Source of the DNA: the human T2T-CHM13v2.0 reference genome, Homo sapiens | Assembly (NCBI RefSeq): GCF_009914755.1 | Contig: NC_060938.1 | DNA: 64,000 bases | Reading direction: 5' to 3' (one strand) | Shown: one piece after another, positions 1-18,989 of the stretch | Layout: every line of letters starts with the position of its first letter | How positions within the stretch are numbered: the first letter of the stretch is position 1 | Position numbers and translations under genes: made by a program | Notes under the pieces: model-generated | Database searches by the model: none | What the model was told of the DNA's origin: nothing | What the model saw: the letters and a program-made list of their open reading frames with translations, nothing else

Positions 1-1905
<1,905 letters not shown>

Positions 1906-1909
1906 AAGT

Positions 1910-2960
1910 CAACACAGAGAATTTAAAAAAAAAATAAAAGAAGGTTGTATATTCATGAAAAAAGAATAGAAGAATAGAAGGGTATGGAAAGAGGGAAGTC
2001 AGAGAATATTCAGAGAAGGATTTCTTGGGAATTAAGCCAAATTTTTAATTTTTAATTGTAGGGTAGGAAAATCAGTTTGGGTAAATCTTCAATAAAGTAT
2101 TACAGGGGGAACAAAGAAAACCAAGGGGAGGAAATTCTCAAAAATATAACACAAGACATGTTCTCAGAACTGAAAAACATAAATATCTAGAGAAGAGGAC
2201 CCCCATAATGAATGAAGAAGAGCCACACTAAGGTATCGTCATGAAATTGCAGAACACCAGGGTAAAGAGAATGCTCTTCAGAAGCATATGAATACTAGAA
2301 AATAGTGCAGCAAGGCCTTCAAAATTCTGAGGGAAAATTATTTTTAACTTATAATTGTATACTTATTCAAACTATCAGCCAAATGTAAGATTAAATCCAT
2401 TCAAATATGCAAGAATTTACAAGTATTTTGGTCTCTCATATGCTGTTTTCTAGGAAGCTACTGGAGGATGTACTTCAGCAACATGAGGGAGAAAGAGCAA
2501 GACATGGATTTCAAAAAGCAGGAACTTCAACACATGAGGACAATGAAGGGAAATCCAGATTGACAGCTATGTAGCAGCCGGGAAAGCAACTAGTCCAACT
2601 GGAAGCAAGAGGAAGAACAATGGCTTCAGGAGGAATGTCTCAGGGTAAGAGTTTAAAATGTCGTAGTGCTTAAAATTGTGTTTGACTATTTAAAAAAAAA
2701 AATGATACTATATGACCAAAAAATATAGTGAAAAGTACATAGAAATTAGAAAATTTTAAAAGAGACAAGTATTAACTCCAGGGAAAACAAAAAGTTGCAT
2801 GAGAAAGGAATCTACTTGCTTCTTACAGTCAAAAATATTTTACAAGATCATGATTTCACAAATTTGATTATTGAATTAAACACTAATATATATATATTTT
2901 TTCAGAATATGAGAGAGAAGAGGGCAGAGGAGAGCATAAAATATTTAAAACCCCTATTAC
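1910..2960 (+). mobile_element. Ancient L1M/HAL1-like ORF1 fragment
   Basis: A-rich degenerate ORF1-like segments (gccttcaaaattctgagggaaaa...aaactatca, ctaggaagctactggaggatg). Confidence 0.5.
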
Positions 2961-3675
2961 TGAAATCACTGTTGCATAATTATAACTGAGAAAATTATTA
3001 CAGTGAAAGAGACCTAACCTAACCAACTTTATCTTGCTTCTAACCTCTAAGCTGCCCTTGTTCATTCCTGGGCATAGGCCGAACTAATTTGGGGAGGAAC
3101 TTAGCTTATAGTTTAACTTTGAAACAAAAACGATTAACAACCCTTTCCCAAAACAAACTCCCTTCCTACCTGGGGACTAGACTGTCTTTGCAGAACTAAC
3201 AAATGAGCCACAAGATTAGAAATTATGGTTTAGAAGTCATGCAGCTGAAGGCTGCAAGACTCTGACATCCCAAAATGTTCCTGGGGGATAACATCACTAT
3301 TGTAAAACCTAAGAACAGTGCTTGAGATATTTTGCAGCCCCTGCACTTGATGGATCAGCTGGCACCACCCAGATCAATAAACTGGCTCATCTGGTCTTAT
3401 GGTCCCCACCCAGGAACCGGCTCAATACGAGAGGACAGCTTTGACTCCCTGTGATTTCATCTCTGATCAAACCAAGCACCACTCCCAACTCACTGGCCCC
3501 TACCCACAAAATTATCCTCAAAAACCCCCATCCCGAGTTTTCAGGAAGACTGATTTGAGTAATAATAAAACTCCAGTCTCCCATACTGCCAGCTTGCGTA
3601 AATTAAACTCTTTCTGTATTGCAATTCCCCTGTCAGTCTAGGCGGCAGGCAAGGAAAACCCATTGTGTGGTTACA
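2961..3675 (+). mobile_element. Solo ERV1 LTR (LTR8 family)
   Basis: TG...CA ends, 4-bp TSD TTAC (2957-2960 / 3676-3679), LTR8-typical atcttgcttctaacctc-aagctg-ccttgttcattcctggg, AATAAA ~3564. Confidence 0.88.
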
Positions 3676-5256
3676 TTACCATTATGATAAAATGGTAAAT
3701 GTCAAAATTTGATAAATTAAGGTTGGCAGGAGGTGAGAAAGGGTCAGAAACTGATCATTTTATTATAAAACTTTGAGTTCACTTTGGGGGCATTGATGGG
3801 TTAATGTATCACCTGGATAAAAATATAACTTAATTTTCTAAAAAGTGACAAAACTGTGAAAATACTACAGTGTGGTGATACAATGGGAGGCAAGAAATGT
3901 AGCTTCTCATTCCAGTCCTTCTAACTCCAAAAGATTGTGGCCGTGTCTCTCTACTTCCATGTCTTTATATGAGGTCATGGCTCTAAAAACTTCTCTCAAC
4001 TTTACACTTTCAAGCTCAAATCTACCCATCTTCTGTGTGGCTATTTCTTGAGATCTCCCTTAACAATGATCCATTAACTAATCATAAAAATACTAAATGA
4101 ACAGCATCCTCTCCAGGATCTTAAATAGCTAGAAATAAACACATTCTTCTCTGACCCAGAGACATTACATGCAAGAAATAAAGCATTACCAGGTAGTGAA
4201 AGGAATGCAGGGCTCTGACAAGATCTTAATTGACTCACTAAGTTATGGAGATTTTAGGCAACAATTTACTCTGTTCTTAAATTTTAAAAGTAGTTGCCAT
4301 AGCAACTCCTAGACACAGCATATGGTATGTCTGGTACCTCCAAGATAACAGAGCAGATTCTTGATGAATTTCCCTTACAATATGTTGTGAACTTTTGTAC
4401 TTTTTAGTGTTTCAGTGGGCAATGTTATATGGTGCTAGTATTCACTGATATTATCTATATATTTTAACGCTTATTTTGAAGGATTTACACTTGCAACACA
4501 CAAAACTTAAATGCTTCTCACATCTCTTAATTTTTTTCTTCATAAAATATTACTACATACTAGTAGAAAAATTAGCAAATGAACAGTAATCTTTAAAGAA
4601 TAAATATAAATAAGGATGAAATCATATGGAAAATGTCTAGCTCATTTATAGGGAAAGAAAGAAAAATTAAAACTAGATACTATTTCTCCTCTAATCAAAC
4701 TCCTCTAATAAAATGTTGAAGAGTGGGAGGAATTTAAATTGGTACCGCCATTCCAGTAGTTAATTTGGGACTATAAGTTCAAAGCCTTTAAGACGTCTTG
4801 CCATTTGACCTAGTAATTTTGTTACTACAGGTTTTTATCCTAAAGGCATTTATAAAAAAAAAAAACAAGGATTTATATGCAAATTTTTATGAAGAATTGT
4901 ATATAATAGTTAAAAACTACAAATAATCTTAATCTACAGTAAGAGGAAATTTAAAATTAAAAGTTACATAAGCAGTCTCCTCTTATTGGGCATTCAGATT
5001 TGATGCAGTTTTTCTATTACAAATTTTACTACTATAAATTAGTATACATTTTATTACAAATTATAGCATTATTATAATTACAGCATATATGCATGTGCTA
5101 TATGTATGTACTATATATACATATATTAAATTTAAAAACACATTTTTAAAGAATGTTGACAAAATAAACAATTATACTATATTTATAATATACTGCATTT
5201 ATGCAATCATGGAAAAAGCATGGAAAGGTATATCTCCCCATGAAAAATAAAGTGGC

Positions 5257-5746
5257 TGTGGTGAACACCAGAAACTGACCTTCGACGAGTCAGGCCCTTG
5301 TATAATCCCCTACCCTTGAGTGAAGACAGAACTGATGACTTGCTTCTAACCAATAGAATATGGCAAGGTGATGGATGCAGACTGGAGAGAGAGATTATTA
5401 TACTGGCTTGAAAATTCAAGCTGTCATGTGGCAAGGAACTGTGGCCTTCCCTGCCAGTGGTCAGTAAGAAAACAGAGCCCTCAGTCACACAGCTGCAGAG
5501 AAGTGAATTCTGCCAACAACCTGAATGAGTTTGGAAGCATATTTTTTCCTAGACAAGCCTCCAGATAATAACACAACACAGTCAACACGTTGACTGCAGC
5601 CTGGTGCGATCTAGAAGCACAGAATTATTCAGTTATAGTGTCCCAGGAATTCTGACCTGCAGAAACTGTGAAATAATCAACGTGTGCTGTTGTTTTAAGC
5701 TGCTAAGTTTGTGTTGATTTATCACACAGCCTAGAAAATGAATACA
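5257..5746 (+). mobile_element. MaLR solo LTR (MLT1E/F-like)
   Basis: tgtggtg...aatgaataca termini, near-TSD GTGGC/GTGAC, MLT1 motifs (gccaacaacctgaatgag-ttggaagc, ttttaagc-gctaagttt). Confidence 0.8.
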
Positions 5747-6563
5747 GTGACTGTCTCTAGAAAGTAGTAATTTGTACAAATTTTCCTTTCTTATTTGTAC
5801 TTTTCTAAATTTTCTAAAATGTTATAATAAGAATTTCTTTGCTTTTAAAATCAAAAGATGTTATTTTCAACAAATCATCTGGAAGCAAAAAATAAGTATG
5901 CTCTGCAATTTTTTAACTGATTTTGAATGTGGCAAAAGAATATTTTTTAAAAGTGTACAATGAAAATATAGCACTAAGATTACCCCAGATTTCTATTTTT
6001 TTAAATGATCTTAACAGAAGATTTTATTTAAATCATGTTAACATAGACTGTTTCTGAAATTTTAAGCTTTCTATATTTAATAATGCCTGCTGGGAGGAAA
6101 AAAAAAGAAATCATACTTGTAAATTTTTCTTTCCAATTTTGACCATGACTTAAAATGGAAAAAGTTATGTTGATTGTGGCTAAATGTTCTCGTTTTTAGA
6201 GGCCATTATGCACTTTAAATTCTCTGTTGGCATTTTAATTTCATTTTACAAAATAAATCCCAACTGACAACAGAATAAAGCAAATTCTAAGTCAACTAAG
6301 CGAAAAAGTGTCACCGCAAACAGAAAGAACTTTGCAAACTGATGCAACATTTCATATGGCTCCTGAACCTAAATTTCCAAAGTTTCAACAGGAAATAAAA
6401 TGTGTGTATGTTGGGGGGAAGTATTGACAACTGAAACCATCTCCACAACTTACTGTCTACAACATGATGTTACTATTCAACTGTCTGCATTAACATAAAT
6501 TTACTATTGTAGGAAGTTCTTGCCAAGAAAGATTAAAATTGCAATAACCATTTCTTGTTTCAG

Positions 6564-7059
6564 GAACTTCCCAAAATTTCATTTATCTGACCACTAGACT
6601 ACTCAACTTACCGTTATTAGAGTAAATACCCATTTCTCAAGATAATCGATAGCTTAAGCTCCTCAAATGACAGTTTACTCTTTAAGATTTGATTTGAAAC
6701 CCTCACATTCGAAACTATCATATCATGAATCTGCCTAATCTTAAGCATTATAAGATGAATTTTAACTCAAATTCTCAAAACTTCATAAATATGCTACTGT
6801 TACTCTTCCTTCTCAGAGATGTCACTAAGATTGTCAAGGTAGTGATCTCTCATACTGCGGTAAACAATAAGCTTGGCTTTGTTTTATCAGCAGGGTATTT
6901 TGATGGTATTTTCAGGAAGCTAGCATTCAGCAGTCTTGGAGTTTCCCCCAGTGTATGACCAAGACCTGCTCCCTGCAGTGGCTCTCCACAAAGAACAGAG
7001 TGTTCCTCAAAGGCCACTTGAAACTCTTCCTCAGATATCTCCATGACAATAGTAGTGAG
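6564..7059 (+). other. Candidate degenerate exon in unique sequence
   Basis: Acceptor tttcttgtttcag at 6563 and consensus donor GAG|GTAAGT at 7059/7060. No frame is fully open. Confidence 0.25.
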
Positions 7060-8228
7060 GTAAGTCTACTTTAGGTTTGAGCTTCAATTCATTTTATTTT
7101 ATTTTTTAACCTCCCCACATGATGAGTTTATTTTGACTCCTAAAATACAAAATTCTTTTTTAGGAATTATTTTATTATCTGATAAGATTTACAAAACTTT
7201 TATCCTTAGTGAAAACCTGACAATTACTAACAATATTACTATTTAATTCTATCTGCCCTTATTTTTTATCCTTGTTGTGCATCTGTGAGAGGAAGTTCAT
7301 TGGGAAGAGAACTTCCCAATGATAGGCCGGTGATAAGACCATTGAGCCATTCTGGAAATCGAGATTTTCAAAAGGTTTCTCCTCAGACTGGTGTCTTTTG
7401 GGCAAACTCTGTCCTGGGTCAATTATCAAAACATCATGAGACCTTTCCTCTGTCCTGAGTTGTCCCTGAGATTCTGGCTCTGAGAGACATTTCCTCTGTA
7501 AATCTTTTCATCCACTGGGAACTACAAATAAGTTGAGTTTGCAGCTGGAGATGGCACAACCATTAGGCTAGAGATCCAATTCACAAAGTGCATGAGCAGA
7601 CTGTTCCCAGACCCCCATAGCTTAGTCTCTGTCTAAATCTATGTCCCTACCTACCCTGAGCTGGACTCCTCCTTCTCATGTGTATTTATGCCACATCTCA
7701 AATTCTTCTGCTTATCTTTCCAAGTAACATAATTTCACAATATAGAATTTATAGTAGCCATGTTGGTGAGCTTAGATATAAACAAAATTATTCATTTGAA
7801 GGGTATCATAGAACAAAAAAAAAAAAACAGTACCAGTGGTCTGCATGGTTTTATTGACATGAGGAAGTATGCCAAAGAAATTCAGATGGCAAAATTGCTT
7901 TATTAGAGATTCTTTGGCCAAGAGAAAATAAAAACTTGAAAAAATTAAAACTAGCTCTCTTCAAGATACCCCAAATCTTGATTTGAAGTGAATAACCTTT
8001 ACTATTCTTATCCATCTTATGCTTCTACATTTCCTTCTGTTCCTATAACTCCTCCTGATCTGCCTCCCTTGCTTTCTAGCCACCCAGTAGCACCCAAAGC
8101 TAAATTAACTCTTAAAATTAAACATCCTGCAGAACAGAAAAACCCCTAATGGTTGAATATAAGTTCTGGTATCATTTAAGTGTAGCATCACTGTTAAAGA
8201 ATTCCCAGAGTCTAGATAAGATAGGGAG

Positions 8229-8599
8229 TGATATGGTTTGGCTCTGTGTCCCCACCCAGATCTCTTCTCGAATTGTAATCCCCAGGTGTGGAGGGAGGGA
8301 CAAGGTGGGAGGCAATTGGATCATTGGGATGGTTTCCTCCATGCTGTTCTTGGGTTAGTGAGTGAGTTCTCATGAGAGCTGATGGTTTTAAAAGTGTTTG
8401 GTAGTTCCCACTTTGCTCTTCTCTTTTGCCTGCCACCACGTAAGATGTACCTTGCTTCCCTTTTGCCTTCTGCCATGATCGTATGTTTCCTGAGGCCTCC
8501 CCAGCCATGCAGAACTGTGAGTCAATTAAACCTCTTTTGTTTATAAATTACCCTGTCTCAGGCAGTATCTTTACAGCAGTGTGAAAATGAACTAATACA
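8229..8599 (+). mobile_element. MaLR solo LTR (MSTA/THE1D-like)
   Basis: tgatatggtttggctctgtgtccccaccca...gaactgtgagtcaattaaacctc...aactaataca. Confidence 0.9.
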
Positions 8600-8944
8600 G
8601 ATAGAAATTTATAGAAGAATTTAGTATGATTTTAGGAACATAAACTCCAGAGCTCCCAAATCTATAGCAGTTGGTTCACATTTTATGAGAACCTTATATG
8701 CAAAAAAACTTATGCAAACAATAAAATGGGAAGACCCTAAGAGTAACTTAAGGACCCTAAATTTCATAGGTAACCCAGTTGTTGATAAAAGCAGTAGATG
8801 TTGGAGAAAGTTTTTTTGGAGACTCACCCAAAAGCATTTCGTGTGAAAATACATTTGACTCAAGCCTCCAGTTCCTGAAAGGGTACTGTGCAAAAGTATC
8901 CAGCAACTGTGCTATTCAGCAACTTTGGTATACCCTTGTGTAGC

Positions 8945-10985
<2,041 letters not shown>

Positions 10986-13071
10986 TGTTGGACTCTAATT
11001 CAACCCTGTAAACAAAAAAAACGATGAATCCATTGAAGAGTTCAAAGATAACTCTCAGGATGATCCCCTGGTGGCACCAGAAGTTCTAAAACTAAACTTT
11101 ATAAAATTTTTATGTTAAATTGCCCAGCATGATTAGGACAAAATTGCCTGCTATACTCAATTAACAGTAGTGGGAAAAATATCAATAAAATTCTGAGTAT
11201 GCCAGTGATGCATAAGTTATTTGTCACTATCACAATCCTGGTATAGTTCTAAAAAAATAGAACATGCAAGAGCCCAAACCCCTATTCTCTACGGACATCT
11301 CCAAATGATTTTCATACAACTTCCTGAAATGGGTTTTGAATATCTTCTGGTCATTCTTTACATATTAGGGATGGATTGAAATAATCCTTACCAGAGAGTT
11401 GTGGCTCTTAGGGTAGCAAAAAATTACTTGATTTTGTGTTCCCAACTTGGGGGAATGCTAACATTTATCTCAAGTGACAGGACAGCCTATTTTACTAGGA
11501 CTCATATTAAATAATTTTGCAAAGCTCTGTTGCTTACTTATAAACTTCACAGTCCATATTACTCCCAATCTTTTAGAAAAGCAGAAAGAATAAATGGAAT
11601 TCTGCAGTTCAAATTAGGATAGTTCTTAAGACATTTGAGCTTTCATGACCTAAAGTATTTTTATTGGCTTTAATGACAATGAAATCAACTCCTTGAATTC
11701 ACTGACTCTCTCCTTACAAATTATTGATATATTGTCCCATGAATCTAAAAATATCATCTCTAACGCTATACACTATTGCAAGCAGGCATAACTAAATACT
11801 GAAAGAGATTTATGCAATATACTCAATCTCATCATCAACATTTGTGAGCAGCCCTTCTTCAACATTTTCCTAGACAATCCTTGCATAACATAAAACTTAG
11901 AGACCTAATTCCTAGAAGAAACATGAGAGAAAGACAGCCCTTAAACTCCAAAGTAAAGACTCCATCATGTTCTAACATAGCAGTAAAACTTCAAAGGACT
12001 GATTCTTAGATTCACGTGTCTCAATGAAAAAGGGAATAATCATCCATGAATCACTAAAAGACTCTCCCAACCAGCAATCTCAAGCTAAAGATTCTCAGAA
12101 ACCCTACAAAAGTAGACAGTCTTCAGGAGATGGCTTTGCCCAAAATCTTTGAACCAAATAAATGTCTACCTGTTATGTCAATAGCCTCCACCCAAAAGCC
12201 ATTGAACAAGACCAGCGACTGCCCACTTCAATACACATTCTTTGGCTCTATTTTCCTAGTAATTTCTTCTTTTGCTGGTCTTAAGTCTATCTTTATGTTA
12301 CCTATGAAGCTTTATTCAATGTCGTTTTTTACATTTCTAGTTACTCAGTTCCAATTTATGTATGAACTGGCTAAGCCAAAACCACTCTGACTATTGGATT
12401 TGTAGACATTTTCCTTTGGAAGCCACCCAGCTTCCCTTGGTACCAGTTCTTTGTAATAAAGCATTGGTTTAGTGGGTAATTGAACTCAACTAATAATTAA
12501 GGAACTTTAGATAGCAAATACCACAACAGGCCAGAAACACAGAAATCTAAAATGCCCTGTTACATTGTATTAGGAAAGGGAGGTTCCTGTCTCCACCAAA
12601 TACTTGAGGACCTATTGTGATAGCTAGATTTTATCACTAAATTGCACAGATGTAAAATGTTAAAGAAAACTAGGAAACTAAAGCTGTGTATTTGGAAGTA
12701 ATCTCACTTTTAAAGTAATCTCACTTTTACTCTCAAGTAAGACACACTACAGACTGCACCACAAATTATTTTGCTTTAGATAGGCCTAATGTTTTTGATA
12801 CACATATTTATTGCATGGCACCAGACCATTCTTGACAAGTGGCCCCAAAATGTTACAATATTATTTAAAGCACCATATGGGTGTTTAGGGCAAAAAACAT
12901 ATTAACTGTGGCCCCCAACAACTGGTATTGGATTTGCTGCATGAAAGTCAATTGACCACTAGTTGCAAATTGGACAGTGCCTAGTTACTTCAATAAACTA
13001 ATGCCTGACTTCGGGATAGTTCCAGGATCATTTCGAGCCATCAGATTCCCCCTCTCAGGAAAAAGGGATTA

Positions 13072-13396
13072 CAGTCATACTCTATATTCTAGGGAATTGG
13101 TTCCAGAAACCCCATGGACACCAAAATCCTCAAATGCTCAAGTGCCTCACATTAAAATTCATACTATTTTTATATGACCTATACACATCCTCTTATATAC
13201 TTTAAATCATCTCTAGGTTACTTACGATACCTAATACAATGGAAATGCTAAGCAAATAGTTGTTTTTACTTATTGTTTTTAAATTTTATATTATTTTTTA
13301 TTGTGTTATTTTTATTGTTTTTTTTTTCCAAATATTTTTGATCCACAATTGGTCGTATCCACTGATGTGAAACCTGCAGATACGGAGTGCCAACTA
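13072..13396. mobile_element. MER2 (Tigger-type DNA transposon)
   Basis: cagtc...gattggttccag left end and gatacggag-gccaacta right end, flanked by TA. Confidence 0.8.
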
Positions 13397-13411
13397 TATA
13401 AGGTAATTTAA

Positions 13412-13493
13412 GATTACAGGCATGAGCCATTTTTTTTTTTTTTTGAGACAGAGTCTTGCTCTGTTGCCCAGGCTGGAATGCAGGGGTGTGGTC
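13412..13493 (-). repeat. Inverted Alu 3'-end/A-tail/Alu 5'-start junction fragment
   Basis: Reverse complement resembles the tandem Alu junction at 13873-13962 (see findings). Confidence 0.8.
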
Positions 13494-13638
13494 AACAAGA
13501 GGCCCATAGTTCCCAGGGCTTTCCACCATAGGTCTCAACACACTTCTCTCCCCAAACACTGCTGAAACATCACAGAATGACCTTTGGTCCTTCCACAGAC
13601 AAGGTAGCTCATTCTCCCTCAAAAGAACATGAGTTCAA

Positions 13639-14225
<587 letters not shown>

Positions 14226-14515
14226 GAACATGAACTCAAAGGCCAGATTATCTAGACACCTAAGGAGATCACCTATTATAATAAAAGTCAACAACATGAA
14301 TGACACACACCAACTGAAGTGAAAATATTGAAGTAGACATGACAAGAATATAAAATAAACAGAATAAATAATACTTAAACAGACAAGGTGACAAATGATA
14401 TAAAATAGGAACAAGAAGTTTTTTTTTAAAGAGTGGGGCCAATCTCACAAAAGAATACATTAGAGGTTTACAAAAATATCTGACCATCTTTAGCTACTTA
14501 AAAATCAGTGGCAGG

Positions 14516-14818
14516 GGCCAGACACAGTGGTTCACACCTGTAATCCCAGTGCTTTGGGAGGCTGAGGCAGGAGGATCACTTGAAGCCAGGAGTTCAAGAC
14601 CAGCCTTGGTAACATAGTGAGAACTTGTCTCTACAAAAAACTAAAAAAGAAAAAAAAAAACATTAGCTGGGTATGGTGGCATGCCCGTGTAGACCTAGCT
14701 ACCTGTGGGGCTGAGGCAGTGGGGATAACTTGAGCCAAAGAGTTCAAGGTTGCAAAGAGCTATGATCACACCACTTCACTCGAGCCTGGGCAACAGAGCA
14801 AGATCCTATCTCTAAAAA
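14516..14818 (+). mobile_element. AluJ
   Basis: Diverged dimer. TSD aaaaatcagtg on both sides. Confidence 0.92.
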
Positions 14819-15704
14819 ATCAGTGATATATTGAGGGAGGGATATAACATATTTAAGCATGTTATTTTACTCTTAATCTAGTTATATTCTGGTGGTGTAG
14901 ATAATCTAGTTGAGAATTAATTTTTTAAAAAACAACTGGAATTGTGGGTCACAGCTAGGACTAGAGATTCTATTTAAATTTTTTGTGTTTCCTATTCCCT
15001 GTATATCTTAAAAAAAAAAAAAAGCAAGCAAGCAAAAAGCCTTGCTGGCATGTATCTGAAAAAAAAAACAGAGATATTCCAGAATCAAAAATGTTGTTTT
15101 CTGTGTTTTTCTATATTGAAAGCATATTGCTTTAATAATAAAAGAAAACTATTTCCAGAAAATATTCAGGGTTTCTTCTCCTCCCTTGGAAATGAAAGAG
15201 ACTATTTAGTTGTAACAGTCCATTGATCACAGATTTTTAGCTAAACCTGCTGCTACTAAAAATCAATGCTAAGTGAGCAATAGGTAATATTTCCCCACGC
15301 CTGTATTTGATTTCGACAGTTACGTTCATCCATACCAAATTCATACATTGCAATGCACCAGTGTAAGGAAGACTTTGCTTTTTGGCCTTATTTTTGAATT
15401 GAACTCACTATGCTCCACTCTGCATAAATGATCTATAGCAAACTGCACAACACCTTTATACATAACTTCCTTTAAAATGCAATTTGAAATGACTGCAATT
15501 GTTATAAATGGAAAATGCCAATAGGATTGCCCAAAGAAAATCTAGTGAGATACATAACAAATAAACCAAGAGTATTTATATATTAGAAAAACTGTAGCTC
15601 TAATGACTCTGAAATATGGTACACATAAAAACAATTTCTGTTTACAATTCTTCTTTTTAAAGCTTCTGATTCCCATACAAACAATTTGGAAGGTAATAAG
15701 CAAA

Positions 15705-16985
15705 GCAAGATTGAACTCTTAATCTTCCATTTCCCCACTCTCTGTCTGGACCTCTTTTAGGATTCCCTACTTTGTTGACTGACATCAACATCCTTTCAAG
15801 CCCACAAGTCATTTGTGATACCTCTCAACCCCCATATCCAATCCACTACCAAGTCCTGTGAATTCATCTGCTGGATATCTCTCAAATCTGTCCATCACTC
15901 TCTGTCTCCACCACCATCATTCTGGAGTAAGCCATTATCATGCTGGCCTGGACTACTGCAGTAAACTAACTTGTCTCCTGGAATCCACTGATTCATTCTT
16001 CAAGCCATTCTCCAAACTATAGCCAGACAGGACTTTCTTGATTCAAATGTGATATGATCTATATCCCCATACTTTGCTATCAAAAAAAATGAAAATATTT
16101 AAGCTAAACACATTAAGAGGTAAATATTTCTTGCCAAGCAAGGAAACATCTGCAAGTGAAAAATTCACAGGTAGTTCATTGAGCAGGGGAAACTCAGAAA
16201 TGTGTGTGTCAGAAAGGGAGAGTTATGGTGTTTGTGTTAATTAAGCATTGAAAACTAGCACTCTGCATTGGCTAAAGATTGTTCTTTACATAGTTGGTTA
16301 AAACAAGTGAGTTCCGTTGTTCATTGGTCATGAAAGAGTCTTCAGTTAGATTCAATAAGGATCTGATATCCTACGGGCCCCCTGGTCACTCAAATTCATG
16401 ATCCTTTATTAGCTTGACCTGGTGGAATTATCTGTGATGAAACACAGCGGTCAGTTTTAATATTTCTCGTGCAAGTACTACTGTTTGGAAAAAAATTTTC
16501 ACTTACATTTAAGTGAAATTCCCACTCCCAGTATTGCAGGCTTCCCATTATTCTGCGATCTGATTATTTTTACTTCTCCAGCCCAGTCATGGTCCTCCTT
16601 AATTCCTGCCCACACTGACCTTGTCTCAACACTCTTCCTTGAATATTTAGTACTCCTTCCTACTACATGAGTACATACTGTTCCCACCATCCCACTGTTA
16701 AGTTGGCATCCCTTCAGCTTAGTTAAATTGGCATTAAGAACTCAACTGTCATATCTTTTTCCCCATCCCTCCAGTGCAGGTAAGACTCTTTCATTACACA
16801 CCTGCCAATAAAACTTGTGTCTATCCAGGAGGACATTTATCTCAATTTATTTGATTAGTAGGCTTAGTTAATTAATATCTGTCTCCTCCTCTTGACTAAA
16901 AGCTACCTGACAACATGGACCGTATTTCCCTTTGCTCACCATTGTATCTTCGGGAACCTCCTAATGTGCCAAATAGAATAGTGCT
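15705..16985 (+). mobile_element. L2 fragments (with a possible old LTR at ~16075-16470)
   Basis: L2-typical catatccaatcc-ctaccaagtcctg, ctggactactgcagta and 3' cttgactaaaagct...gtgcc motifs. Confidence 0.65.
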
Positions 16986-16988
16986 CAA

Positions 16989-17295
16989 GGCCGGGCACAG
17001 TGGCTCACATCTGTAATCCCAGCACTTTGGGAGGCCGAGGCGGGTGGATTACCTGACGTCAGGAGTTCAAGAACAGCCTGGCCACCATGGTGAAACCCCA
17101 TCTCTACAAAAATACAAAAATTAGCCAGGCATGATGGCAGGTGCCTAAAATCCCAGCTACTCAGGAGGCTGAGGCAAGGAGAATCACTTGAACCTGGAAG
17201 GCGGAGGTTGCAGTGAGCTGAGATTGTGTCACTGCACTCCATCCAGCCTGGGCAACAGAGAGAGACTCTGTCCCAAAAAAAAAAAAAAAAAAAAA
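16989..17295 (+). mobile_element. AluSx-like
   Basis: Full dimer. TSD agaatagtgctcaa on both sides. Confidence 0.95.
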
Positions 17296-18989
17296 GAATA
17301 GTGCTCAAAAAATATTTCTTGAACGAATGGTTGAATGAATAGCCTATGTTTACTGATGGGAGTTTGTGACTATAAAATATTTTTTAAAAAGGGAAATTTT
17401 ATGAAAGTCTTAGTTTGCTCTGTTTTTCATAAAATTTAATTACAAAGGTATGAAGACATGATCTGTAGGTTTGGTAATATAGAAGAAGCAATGGTGAGAA
17501 GAAAAAAAAGACACAGAATCTTCCGTTATTTCCTGAAAGCTGTCATTAACTTGAGATTTTGAGAAGTCATTCTTGGACTATCCCATCAGCTATATTACCT
17601 GATGCCATCATTTTAAGTCCTCAGGCTCAGGTTATACTTAAATCCATAGTACCCACATAAATTCTTGGTTTCATTACTTTTTGCTGGTTGATTTCACAAC
17701 TTTAATATTAATTAAATATAGCCATTTTTGTCCATGTGCCTTTTGTTTCTAATAGCTTTAGCTTTTCTTTTTAACATGGTAAGCCTGTTCTCCAAAAAGT
17801 TTTATGTAAATATATTTTTATTGATTTAGCAATTATCTGATGCAAATGGACTTAGAAAAAGGATGCCTGAAGAAACGTAAGGCACTAATAGCACTAAAAC
17901 AATTGTAAAATAATTGAAGCTCCAAATACTGTCTGAGTTTATGGAGTATTTCTTTACAATAAGAATTATGAAATTATAGGAGGAAATTAGATTATGTACT
18001 TTATTAAGCTATTATCTTCCAGTACTTAAAATCATTATAGTCAGGCACTTTTTAGAAATTGCATTACTATTATACATGACAGATTAAACACAAGTTTATT
18101 TCTACTCCCTCCTGAATGACAGTGAAGAAAGCCTGCAAAGACAAACAGAACAGAACACATCACTAGATACGAATTTGGAAGCTGAAAAGCATATATAGAT
18201 GGATGATGGTACTGATCTGGCAGGCCAGAGAAAGCATAAACTTGAGTCTGGAGAATGAAGCCAATAGGAGTCAAGCCGGTTCATATGCTCTCAAGCCTGG
18301 GAATTAGAAGCACCTTGGAATGGTAGAGGGCAAGGCTATAGACTGAAGAATTTGTTGAAAGAACCTGTAAATAGCAATGAGAGTCCCAGACCCCCTCTTC
18401 CAACCAGCAAGTGAGTTCACTTTTCCCACCCTGGCAGAAATTATTCCCTGGCAAGATTAAATCTAAAGAACTCTGGTCTTGGGTCATCAGATACAGCTAA
18501 GGGCAGAGGTGCTATAATTAAAACAAAAAATGACTAAAAATCCACATATTGGATGGTAAAGCCCAGAGCTCTCTTCTCTCATATGACTCCCAAAACACTG
18601 GCAGCCAAGTTTATATCTTCCCTCAAGAGAAGAAATTGGAAGACCAGCCCAAAAGAAAAATCTATAGTTGCTGGAATTTAAGACACCCTCACAAAAAGGC
18701 CAATGCACCCCCTACAATCCTACACCAGTCAGTAAACACCAACTTCAAAAGTTAGATCATCATATCAGCATTTTAGTGCATCATTCTTAAATGTAGAAAA
18801 CCAAGGAGCATTTGTCAAAATTCTATCATTCTCTCAAGGCCCTCTCAAATGTCACCTTCTCCAAGAGGTTTTTCATGAGTCATCAATTTAGTGTGGCATT
18901 AACTATAATCTATCTTGTTGTGTAGTCATTGTAAATATCTTAACATCTGTTAGGCGGGTGGCTCTCTCCTTGACAGCAGGAACATGTTT

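Noticed and set aside
6611-7044. Minus-strand coding exon (MEISEEEF..., or a kringle-like reading)
   Set aside because: Multiple stops, no convincing motif, and better splice signals on the + strand.
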